Numbered from the stretch's first letter, positions 14,977 to 23,030 are shown. The stretch: DNA of 48,194 bases from a virus (IMGVR_UViG_3300020045_007472:1-48194); one strand, 5' to 3'. A program made the numbers and translations. The notes: generated by a model from the letters alone, not told the origin.

Positions 14977-16311
14977 ATGCTCTCCGGTTCTTTCCGCTCC
15001 TTCCCCATCTCCTCCATCACCATCTCCCCCGAAAGGCAGCGGAAAGAACTGACCGGCATTGAGGAGCTCGCGAACTCCATTAAGTCGGTCGGGCTTATCC
15101 ACCCCATTGTCCTCACCCCCGAGGGTATCCTCGTCGCGGGCGAACGTCGCCTCCGCGCCCATCAGCACCTCGGCCTCACCCACGTCCTTGTCCAGTTCAC
15201 CACCGAGTTGCCCCGCGAGGAACTCGAAGCGATCGAACTCGAGGAGAACGTGAAGCGGAAGGCGCTTTCGTGGAAAGAGGAGGTAGCGGCTGTCGCCCGC
15301 CTTCACGCACTTAAGCAGGGCCAGGACCCTGAGTGGTCCAACGTTGACACGAGCAACCTCCTGTCCGTGACCCCCGCCACCATCAGCAGATACCTTACGG
15401 TGGCCGACTACCTCGCTTCCGAGGAACCCCTCGTCGTCGCCGCTGACAACTTCGTCACAGCCCTCAACATCTGCCTACGCAAAGAACAGCGCGCCGAAGA
15501 GGCGGAGAGTGCCGCGGTCGATCAGGCCTTTGAAAAGATATTCAACAAACCAACCTCAATCGACCCCGATGGTCGTCGCGTCAGCGCGCAGCCGCAGCTA
15601 CCGCTAGGCGAGAAGCCACAACCCATAATCCCTTACCTGCTGGCCGATTTCCGCGAGTGGGCCAAAGCCCCCTGGACCGGCCCCAAGTTCAACTTCATCC
15701 ACTGTGACTTTCCATACGGGATCAACTATGACAAGCACAACGGTGGGGCGACTGGTACTCTCGGAGGCTACGCAGATACACCAGAACTTTACCTGGAGTG
15801 TCTACGGGCACTTAAGGCCTGCATGGGAGACCGTGTGGCCGAGTCCGCTCACCTCATGTTCTGGCTTAGTGCACGTCACGAGATCGTCCACCAATCCCGC
15901 TTGGCCCTCGAAGACATGGGATGGAAAGTCAATCCTGTCCCACTTATATGGCACCGCAGCGATAATTCCGGTATCCTCCCCGACCCGCAACGAGGACCCC
16001 GCCAAGTCTACGAGGTCTGTCTACATGCCTCGCGAGGTGATCGAAAGATTGTCCAAGCTGTCAGCAACCTCTTCGCCCATCCAAAAACTAAGGAGGTCCA
16101 TGCGAGTGAGAAGCCAAGGCCCATGCTTCAACATTTCTTCAGAATGTTTGTAGACGAGTCAACGGTGCTGCTCGACCCGACCATGGGCAGCGGCAACTCC
16201 ATCCTCGCCGCCGAGGAGTCATCCCCCAAGTTCGTCCTGGGTCTCGAGGCCCTGCAGGAAATCTACGACAACGCCGTGCTGTACCGACACAAGGTCAAGG
16301 TGAGGGAATAG
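14977..16311 (+). CDS. ParB/Srx N-terminal domain fused to a beta-class N6A/N4C DNA methyltransferase-like domain
   Basis: GLIHPI...LVAGERRLRA...EENVKR (ParB); DFPY, H.SEKP and LDPTMGSG (MTase motifs IV, VIII, I). Confidence 0.85.
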   Translation: MLSGSFRSFPISSITISPERQRKELTGIEELANSIKSVGLIHPIVLTPEGILVAGERRLRAHQHLGLTHVLVQFTTELPREELEAIELEENVKRKALSWKEEVAAVARLHALKQGQDPEWSNVDTSNLLSVTPATISRYLTVADYLASEEPLVVAADNFVTALNICLRKEQRAEEAESAAVDQAFEKIFNKPTSIDPDGRRVSAQPQLPLGEKPQPIIPYLLADFREWAKAPWTGPKFNFIHCDFPYGINYDKHNGGATGTLGGYADTPELYLECLRALKACMGDRVAESAHLMFWLSARHEIVHQSRLALEDMGWKVNPVPLIWHRSDNSGILPDPQRGPRQVYEVCLHASRGDRKIVQAVSNLFAHPKTKEVHASEKPRPMLQHFFRMFVDESTVLLDPTMGSGNSILAAEESSPKFVLGLEALQEIYDNAVLYRHKVKVRE

Positions 16312-16343
16312 TATGGTCGCTTACTTCATGTAACCAGCCATAC
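16311..16343. promoter_or_regulatory. 33-bp palindromic operator-like site upstream of the polymerase genes
   Basis: GTATGG-TCGC-TTACT-TCA-TGTAA-CCAG-CCATAC. Confidence 0.7.
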
Positions 16344-16367
16344 CAACAAACACTTTCGGGGGACACT

Positions 16368-17384
16368 GTGACTATCCTTATCCTATCAGACCACCCCTCG
16401 CTCAACGAAGCGGGCAAGCCATTCTCCAACGGGTACTGGGGCTACTTCCGCGCCCAGCTTCGTCGCGCCGGTATCGACCCCGAGTCGTGCATCTGGATGA
16501 ACGTCTTCAACCAGCCCGCCTCCAGCTTCTTCGCCTTCACCCAGGAAAGCAAAAGCGGCGCGCTTACCGGCATCCCAGGTGTCGCCCGCAAAGCCTACCT
16601 CCGCGCTGAGTATGGCCCCGAACTCCACGCTCTCTACACCACCATCCGCCGCATCCAGCCAAACATCATCATCGCTTGCGGTGAGTTGGCGCTGCTTGCA
16701 GTAACCCACCAGACCAAACTCAAGTTCGCCCGTGGCCGCGTCACCACCTCCATCGCCACTTGCGGCACCCGAAAGGTCCTTCCTGTCCTCCACCCTCGCG
16801 CGGTCATGGCGGAGATCAAGCAGGAACCCATTCTACTCCTCGACCTCATGAAGGCCAAGCGCCAAGCAGCCTTTTCCGAGGTTCAGCGCCCGCAGCGCTA
16901 CCTTCACCTCCGCCCCTCGATCGAGGACCTTGAGTCGTTCTGGCAGGATTACATCGAGCCTAGCTCTGGCCTGTCCATCGACATCGAAACCAAGAACCCC
17001 CTCATCACCTGCGTCGGCATATCCCCTTCGCCAGATCGCTGCCTCGTCGTCCCATTCTTTGACGGAGAGAAAGCCAGTGGCAACTACTGGGTCACGCCTC
17101 GCGAGGAAAAGATCGCCTGGCAGTTCGTCCGTCGCTGCCTTAACACCCCCGGCAAGCGCGTGTTCGGGCAGAACTTCCAATACGACACGCAGTACCTATG
17201 GCGCTACATGGGCATCCCCTGTTCCAGCTGGACCGACGACACCATGCTCATGCACCACGCAATCCAGATCGAGATGGACAAGGGACTTGGCTTCCTCGCC
17301 TCGATCTACTCCGAGGAACTCGCTTGGAAATTCATGCACCGCAGACGCGTCGCGGATCGCAGCAGTAAGAAGGAGGACGAATGA
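16368..17384 (+). CDS. N-terminal subunit of a split DNA polymerase: degenerate family-4 UDG-like domain plus partial 3'-5' exonuclease (ExoI, ExoII)
   Basis: E.GKPF, IQPNIIIACGELA and VLPVLHP (UDG fold); SIDIET, GQNFQYD and DDTMLMHH (DnaQ-like exonuclease). Confidence 0.8.
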   Translation: MTILILSDHPSLNEAGKPFSNGYWGYFRAQLRRAGIDPESCIWMNVFNQPASSFFAFTQESKSGALTGIPGVARKAYLRAEYGPELHALYTTIRRIQPNIIIACGELALLAVTHQTKLKFARGRVTTSIATCGTRKVLPVLHPRAVMAEIKQEPILLLDLMKAKRQAAFSEVQRPQRYLHLRPSIEDLESFWQDYIEPSSGLSIDIETKNPLITCVGISPSPDRCLVVPFFDGEKASGNYWVTPREEKIAWQFVRRCLNTPGKRVFGQNFQYDTQYLWRYMGIPCSSWTDDTMLMHHAIQIEMDKGLGFLASIYSEELAWKFMHRRRVADRSSKKEDE

Positions 17385-17467
17385 TGGAAGTGCTTCCTGA
17401 GATAATCGGGTGGGGATTGTTCTTCCTCCTCGCCTTCATACTCGAGTTCACGGTAGGTAGAAAATGA
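17381..17467 (+). CDS. Small membrane peptide, 28 aa
   Basis: AAGGAGG RBS, ATGA overlaps at both ends, IIGWGLFFLLAFILEF segment. Confidence 0.5.
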   Translation: MMEVLPEIIGWGLFFLLAFILEFTVGRK

Positions 17468-17817
17468 TCGACGACGTTCCAGAGCTAATGTCCGACTTCG
17501 TGGCTTGGGGCAGGGCGGGCCTCGACCAGGAGTTTACCCTGTTCAAACTCTACACCCGCAAGCTACGCGATGAGAAAACCGGCGAGGTTGGCACTTTCGA
17601 CCTAGCCTGCCAACTCCCCCTCATCGACTTCGAGCAGCGTTCCGACCACGTTAACTTCCTCAAGTACCTCGTCCGCAAGTACCTTGTCCACTGCGTCAAG
17701 AGTACCGGGGTTCCGTACGAAAGTTGGATCGTGGAGTTTTCTCCCATCATGGAACGCTACCAGATACCGTCACATTTGTTTCTCGATACAGGGAGAGACC
17801 GCGCATGGCTTCTTTAA
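17464..17817 (+). CDS. Hypothetical protein, 117 aa
   Basis: Coupled ORF with typical codon usage. Confidence 0.75.
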   Translation: MIDDVPELMSDFVAWGRAGLDQEFTLFKLYTRKLRDEKTGEVGTFDLACQLPLIDFEQRSDHVNFLKYLVRKYLVHCVKSTGVPYESWIVEFSPIMERYQIPSHLFLDTGRDRAWLL

Positions 17818-18158
17818 TTTACTTGGCTTCGCCTTTCTCCCACATCAACCCGGCCATCCGCCAGCATCGCTTCGAGCAGGCCCGTCGCTTCACGATTGAG
17901 GCCCTACGAGCAAACATCGCCCTCTTCTCCCCCATCGTCTACGGCATGGACATGGAGAAGGAGATCGGCACGAACTTCGAGCCGTGGCAGCAGCTCAATG
18001 ACGCCATGATCTCCGCATCAACCGAGGTCTGGTGCCTGTGTCTCGACGGCTGGAGCGATAGCCGCGGCGTTCGCCATGAGCTCGAGTTGGCCCACGAACT
18101 CGGTCGTCCCATACACTTCTACCGTTCATTCGGAGTCCGTATCAATGCTGGTGATTGA
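17805..18158 (+). CDS. DUF1937 / nucleoside 2-deoxyribosyltransferase-fold protein
   Basis: IYLASPFS...FSPI...LDGWSDSRGVRHELELAHELGRPI signature. Confidence 0.8.
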   Translation: MASLIYLASPFSHINPAIRQHRFEQARRFTIEALRANIALFSPIVYGMDMEKEIGTNFEPWQQLNDAMISASTEVWCLCLDGWSDSRGVRHELELAHELGRPIHFYRSFGVRINAGD

Positions 18159-19752
18159 CACAAAGGAACTCGACGAGAAAGCCGACAAGCTTTCAGACAG
18201 CGAGATCTATTGGACCTATTGCGCGCTTGACTGCTGCGTGACCTACGATGTCATCAAGGTTATCGAGCCGCAACTCGATGACGTTTCACGCGCCACCTAT
18301 CAGACCTCCATCGCCACTATCCCCGTCGTCCTCGAGATGATGCTGGAAGGCTTGCCTGTAGACCTCGCCGCTCGTCGCAAGTCCCTCGAGCACTACGAGG
18401 AAGTCTACGCGCAGCTCGAGTCCGGCTTTGTCCGCCTGTGCCACGAGGGCCTGGGCATTTCCCTCGACCGCTCCAAGCGCGACCGCGGACGCTCATCCGT
18501 CCCGATTAACGAAGCTTCGCCCAAGGACGTTCAGTACCTCTTCCACACCGTTCTCCAAATCCCGGAGAAGAAGAAGCGGAAGAAGGGCCAGGACGAGGCT
18601 AAGACCACTACCGACCGCGAAGTCCTCGAGGGTCTGCGCAGCTACTACTTCGCCGAGGTCTTCGTCAACTTCATCCTCGCTATGCGTGACGCGAAGAAAG
18701 CAATCGGCTTCCTCAAGACCAAGCTCGACGCAGACAACCACATCCGCTGTTCCTTCAACGTAGCCGGGACCACGACCGGGCGTCTCAACTCCAGCTTCTC
18801 CGACATGGGCACCGGCACCAACCTCCAAAACATATCCGGCAAGCAGAAGAATATCTTCGTCGCCGACGAGGGTTGGATGCTGGTAGACATCGACCTCGAA
18901 CAAGGAGACAGCCGTGGAGTCGGGGCCATCGCCTGGAATTGGTTTGTTGAGTCTCATGGAGAAGCTTGGGCCGGATCGTATCTCGATGCTTGCGAGTCTG
19001 GTGATCTACACACAACTGTCACAAAGATGGCCTGGACTAACCTCGGATGGGAAGCCGCCGCCGACGCCGGAGCACTACGCAAGATTGCTGAACAGCAGGC
19101 CTATAGAGAAAACAGTTACCGAGACCTTAGCAAGAAACTAGGCCACGGCACCAATTACCTCGGCCAACCTAACACGATGGCAATGCACTCCAAGCTTCCT
19201 GTCTCAACCATCGTTGACTTTCAGAAAAACTACTTCTCCGCTTTCGGCTGCATCAAAGCTTGGCAGGTCGAGACTATCCGTCAACTCCGCGAGACCCGCT
19301 GTCTCATCACCCCGTGGGGCCGTCGCCGCTTCTTCTGGAATGATCCCAATGCAGTCCCCACGCACAACGCCGCTATTGCCTACTCTCCTCAGTCAACCAC
19401 TGGTGAGTTCATCAACCGAGGCGCCATCGCTCTCCAGCGCTACAGAGACAGTCATCGTCTCCCTGTCCGGCTGCTGCTACAGGTTCACGACTCCCTCGTC
19501 CTCATGGTCAAACGCCGAGGGATTGAGGAAACTATTCCAACCATTCTAGAGCAGCTCCGCGTCGTGCTGCCGCTGGTAAAGGGCCGCGAGTTCACCATCC
19601 CTCACGGAGTTAAGGTAGGCTGGAACTACGGCATGGCCTCCCCCGACAACCCCTACGGACTATCGAAGTGGAAAGGTAGCGAGACGAGGGAGCCGCCTCG
19701 CCGCCTCACCACGATCGAGAACATAATGAACGCCCCGCTCGCCAAGAGATAA
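18145..19752 (+). CDS. Family A DNA polymerase, catalytic subunit (ExoIII motif plus polymerase domain)
   Basis: YCALD (ExoIII), TTTGRLNSS, NLQNI, motif A DLEQGDSR, motif B RDLSKKLGHGTNY, motif C QVHDSLV; GGAGTCC RBS before the ATG at 18145. Confidence 0.93.
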   Translation: MLVIDTKELDEKADKLSDSEIYWTYCALDCCVTYDVIKVIEPQLDDVSRATYQTSIATIPVVLEMMLEGLPVDLAARRKSLEHYEEVYAQLESGFVRLCHEGLGISLDRSKRDRGRSSVPINEASPKDVQYLFHTVLQIPEKKKRKKGQDEAKTTTDREVLEGLRSYYFAEVFVNFILAMRDAKKAIGFLKTKLDADNHIRCSFNVAGTTTGRLNSSFSDMGTGTNLQNISGKQKNIFVADEGWMLVDIDLEQGDSRGVGAIAWNWFVESHGEAWAGSYLDACESGDLHTTVTKMAWTNLGWEAAADAGALRKIAEQQAYRENSYRDLSKKLGHGTNYLGQPNTMAMHSKLPVSTIVDFQKNYFSAFGCIKAWQVETIRQLRETRCLITPWGRRRFFWNDPNAVPTHNAAIAYSPQSTTGEFINRGAIALQRYRDSHRLPVRLLLQVHDSLVLMVKRRGIEETIPTILEQLRVVLPLVKGREFTIPHGVKVGWNYGMASPDNPYGLSKWKGSETREPPRRLTTIENIMNAPLAKR

Positions 19753-19755
19753 TTA

Positions 19756-20958
19756 ATGGTCCGTAAGATCAAGAACTGGGTGGCGGCGTTTGAAGAGCTG
19801 ACCACCTATACAGGGAGTCCGGCGCGGTTGCGCCGTTGGGCAGGCATAGCCTGCGTTGCAGGGGCGCTTGAGCAGAAGGTCTGGGTCCACACGAACAACA
19901 GCCCCCTCTTCCCCAATCTCTACACAATCTTTGTAGCGCCGCCGGGAGTAGGTAAGTCCGCTGTGCTTGGGCAGCTTCGCAAGTTCTGGGCCTCCCTCAA
20001 GGACCACAAGATAGCGGCAAGCAGCGTCAGCAAGGCTTCGCTAATCGACGAGCTCCACGATGCTCAGCGTGTCCTCATCCACCCCGGTCGCAACCCGCCC
20101 ACCATCGAGTTCCACTCGCTCAAGGTCCTCGCCAGCGAACTCACCGTTTTTATCCCCGAGTTCGCCACCGAGTTCATGAGCGTGATGACGAACATCTACG
20201 ACACAGAGCCTTTCACCGAACGTAAACGGACAGCGAAGCTCAAGATAGAAATCCCGTCCCCGCAGATCAACTTCGTCGCCGGGACAACGCCGTCGTCGCT
20301 GGTGCAGCTTCTGCCCGAGGGTGCCTGGGACCAAGGCTTTCTTTCCCGTACCATGCTCGTCTACGATGCCGATGTCAAGGTCCAGTCTCTGTTCAGCGTC
20401 AGCGCCGCCGACACTCAAATGCAAGCGAAGATGGAGTCGGACATCAAGGAGATCGGCAACCTCTACGGCGAAATCAAATTCACACAGGAAGCCGCGGAGT
20501 TTATCGACGCTTGGCACATGGGCGGCAAACAGCCGGTGCCCGACCATCCCAAACTCCAGCACTACCTTAGCCGCCGTTCCGCGCACCTTCTCAAACTATC
20601 CCAGGTCGCTTGCGTATCCGACTCCAACGAGCTCGTCATTACCGTCGAACACATCCAGCAAGCGATGGACTGGCTATTCGACCTCGAGGCCCACATCCCC
20701 GAAATCTTCAAAGCCATGAGTAACGGCGGCGAAAGCAAGGTGATGGAGGAAGCATGGCATATGCTATTCCAATTCAAGGCTCGCTATCAGAAGGGCGCGC
20801 CACGTTCCCTCCTGATTAAATTCATCGCTCAGCGAGTCCCATCCCATGCAGTCGAGCGTATCATAGACCTGATGGAGAAAGCCGACATGATCCGGGTTGT
20901 CGCCGAGAAAGGCGATGGAATGCTGTACACAGCTAAGGAAAGGAACCCTTACAAATGA
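19756..20958 (+). CDS. DUF3987-type P-loop NTPase (putative replicative helicase)
   Basis: PNLYTIFVAPPGVGKS Walker A; GTTP and QGFLSR motifs. Confidence 0.8.
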   Translation: MVRKIKNWVAAFEELTTYTGSPARLRRWAGIACVAGALEQKVWVHTNNSPLFPNLYTIFVAPPGVGKSAVLGQLRKFWASLKDHKIAASSVSKASLIDELHDAQRVLIHPGRNPPTIEFHSLKVLASELTVFIPEFATEFMSVMTNIYDTEPFTERKRTAKLKIEIPSPQINFVAGTTPSSLVQLLPEGAWDQGFLSRTMLVYDADVKVQSLFSVSAADTQMQAKMESDIKEIGNLYGEIKFTQEAAEFIDAWHMGGKQPVPDHPKLQHYLSRRSAHLLKLSQVACVSDSNELVITVEHIQQAMDWLFDLEAHIPEIFKAMSNGGESKVMEEAWHMLFQFKARYQKGAPRSLLIKFIAQRVPSHAVERIIDLMEKADMIRVVAEKGDGMLYTAKERNPYK

Positions 20959-21404
20959 ACGACCAACGCTTCAAGGCCGACGCAGGCAAGCCACGCCCTG
21001 ACCTACTCCAGCTTGGTATGCAGCGCGCACTTCGCTTAGTCCAAGCCACACTCGAGTACGGCGCGATCAAGTACGAACCGCATAGCTGGCGCAACGTACC
21101 CAACGGAGCACAACGCTACCTGCAAGCCGCCGAGCGCCATCGCCAGGAACGTCTAATGCACAACTGGGATGATAGAGTGTTCACACTCAAGGCAGTTGAT
21201 CTTGAGAGCAATCTTCCCCACATCGCCCATGAGATTGTGTGCCTGCTGATGCTGATCGAGCTGGAGTTGCAGCAAGAACCCCACACTAACCTTAAAGACC
21301 TTTGCCGGTTCCACCAGCCCCCGCTCGACCACAAACTTCACTCAACGGACAAGTCCGCGTATCGTGGTAGTGACGAAGAAGAACCCAACAATCACCGACT
21401 GTAG
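20955..21404 (+). CDS. DUF5664-like dATP/dGTP diphosphohydrolase domain protein
   Basis: KADAGKPRPDLL...LEYGAIKYEPHSWR...RYLQAAERH...DLESNLPHIAH signature. Confidence 0.85.
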   Translation: MNDQRFKADAGKPRPDLLQLGMQRALRLVQATLEYGAIKYEPHSWRNVPNGAQRYLQAAERHRQERLMHNWDDRVFTLKAVDLESNLPHIAHEIVCLLMLIELELQQEPHTNLKDLCRFHQPPLDHKLHSTDKSAYRGSDEEEPNNHRL

Positions 21405-21692
21405 GGTGTAAAGCTCCGGTGATAGGGGGTCAGTAACCCCCCATCCCAACACCTTATCCCACAGGATAAGCTTCGCGTTATAGATCACGAAGGGCAGCGC
21501 CCATGCGATTTGGATCAGCGTGATCCACCGACCCCCTATCGCATGGCTTGCCTGCCGCGCCTCGAGCCTAGCGATCTGAACCTCCGCCGCTATCCGCTCC
21601 GCGTCGTTCACCGCAGCAAGCTTCGCCTCATACGCTTGGCGTAGCTGCGCAGGGATACCCCCGCCGAAAAAACTAAGCAAAAGCTTAATCAT
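21342..21692 (-). CDS. Holin-like membrane protein, 116 aa
   Basis: Two to three hydrophobic segments; last gene of the lysis cassette. Confidence 0.65.
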   Translation of the reverse strand: MIKLLLSFFGGGIPAQLRQAYEAKLAAVNDAERIAAEVQIARLEARQASHAIGGRWITLIQIAWALPFVIYNAKLILWDKVLGWGVTDPLSPELYTLQSVIVGFFFVTTTIRGLVR

Positions 21693-21903
21693 CTTTGACC
21701 GCTTCTTTCAGCGCCGTTCTAGCGCGTGAGAACCAGTACCAGACAAACGTAGCTGCGCCAAGCAACAGCCCTGTCACCGCTTCCACTGCCGCTGGTGACA
21801 CCAACTCCGGGTGGACCCCTGGCGGCAACCATCCACCAGAAGCTAACCAACCGGCAGCAGTATACAGCGCGATACGCACAAAGACAAGTAGCTCAGCTTT
21901 CAT
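21685..21903 (-). CDS. Putative two-TM holin, 72 aa
   Basis: Two hydrophobic helices and charged C-terminus; next to the endolysin. Confidence 0.65.
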   Translation of the reverse strand: MKAELLVFVRIALYTAAGWLASGGWLPPGVHPELVSPAAVEAVTGLLLGAATFVWYWFSRARTALKEAVKDD

Positions 21904-21912
21904 GATTTTCCC

Positions 21913-22674
21913 TCAGTTCCAGAAGGTTAGATAGTCAAGGATGTCCCAGCCCCAGGCAGCAAGCGCACCACCTGCTGCAAGCACCGCTGCAGCCACAGCA
22001 CCCGGAGCAACAATCCCGCTAGTCTGTGGCAGCACCTCTACTGCTGGCGGAGCCTTGGGCGCGGCATAAATCGGGATCGGCGTATCCTTAATCTTCTGCC
22101 ACTTAGCAAAGCTTTGAGCCAGCTTCCGATCGTATCCATTCTTGGCAAAGCCTGCGCCGTTATATCCGCGCGCAAATCCCTTCCAGTCATGCCGACGCAG
22201 CTCATCATCCAGCCCGTTCGTCACGATAAACTTAATCATCGCGCGGAGGTGATACTCCTCATCCTCCATGAACGCCTGTACCATGTCATGCGCGGTAGCA
22301 TAGCCTGCGGCTTGGCAGTTGAACCCCATGACCTGGCCAAGGCCCCACGAGGCCGAACGCAGCGCTGCGTCGTAGTGGATCGCCGTCGCTTTCTGCAGTC
22401 TTGGATAGCTATCCTTCGGGTAGGCCCCCGGCTTCCACCTAGCGTACGCCAGTCCTTGCGCAGCCGCCTCTTCCCTCAGCTTACCAGGCCCAAGTTCGCG
22501 CCAGAAGATATGCGGCTCGAATAGCATCTTCGGGCGGCCTTGCGCGTCAAAGCCCGATCCACCCGCTTCAACATCCAGGACCGCATGGATTTCATCTTCA
22601 CCAACCCCGATCTCCCGCCCGATCATAGGCAGGTCGATGTCCTCGAGTCGCTTCGCTTTCCCCTTGAAGTTCAT
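21913..22674 (-). CDS. Endolysin, N-acetylmuramidase (DUF3380 type) with a C-terminal hydrophobic tail
   Basis: VEAGGSGF, LFEPHIFWREL, SASWGLGQVMGFN and FARGYNG motifs; start taken at ATG 22674. Confidence 0.92.
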   Translation of the reverse strand: MNFKGKAKRLEDIDLPMIGREIGVGEDEIHAVLDVEAGGSGFDAQGRPKMLFEPHIFWRELGPGKLREEAAAQGLAYARWKPGAYPKDSYPRLQKATAIHYDAALRSASWGLGQVMGFNCQAAGYATAHDMVQAFMEDEEYHLRAMIKFIVTNGLDDELRRHDWKGFARGYNGAGFAKNGYDRKLAQSFAKWQKIKDTPIPIYAAPKAPPAVEVLPQTSGIVAPGAVAAAVLAAGGALAAWGWDILDYLTFWN

Positions 22675-23030
22675 CCTACTACTCCCACAAACCAGGCCCA
22701 AGCCGATTTAAAGAAAGTGGCGACGGTCGCACCGACTGCACCACCGGCTAAACTAACTCCCAATATAATCCCGCGAACAGTTGTCTTACTGTCGTGGATG
22801 GACTGCTGCAGTGCCAGAAATGCCTTCGACACATCCCTTTCGTCTACCTTCTCAAGATGATCTTTAACATCTCTCCGCCAGTCGTCAGCCACACGAAGCT
22901 GTGTATGGACCTCCGCAAGCCCACCTTTCAGGTCCGCCCGCATGTCCGACACGGCGGCATTAAGCCCAACAAGTTGCCCTTGCAGCTGACCTACAAGTAA
23001 TTCAAGATTACTTTCCTGTCTTGGTGTCAC
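22671..23030 (-). CDS. Coiled-coil protein with a C-terminal TM helix (lysis-associated), 119 aa
   Basis: GTG start with GGAGA RBS; GIILGVSLAGGAVGATVATFF segment. Confidence 0.65.
   Translation of the reverse strand: MTPRQESNLELLVGQLQGQLVGLNAAVSDMRADLKGGLAEVHTQLRVADDWRRDVKDHLEKVDERDVSKAFLALQQSIHDSKTTVRGIILGVSLAGGAVGATVATFFKSAWAWFVGVVG

Noticed and set aside
14977-16311. Plasmid-prophage partition system
   Set aside because: There is no ParA, replication initiator or repressor, and the ParB domain is fused to an MTase fold.
17385-18144. Intron or intein interrupting the polymerase
   Set aside because: The gap holds three coupled ORFs, no homing endonuclease or splice motifs are evident, and the downstream half has its own RBS.
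20955-21404. Z-genome (2-aminoadenine) pathway
   Set aside because: No PurZ-like adenylosuccinate synthetase paralog or HD-domain dATPase is visible; DUF5664 alone is insufficient.
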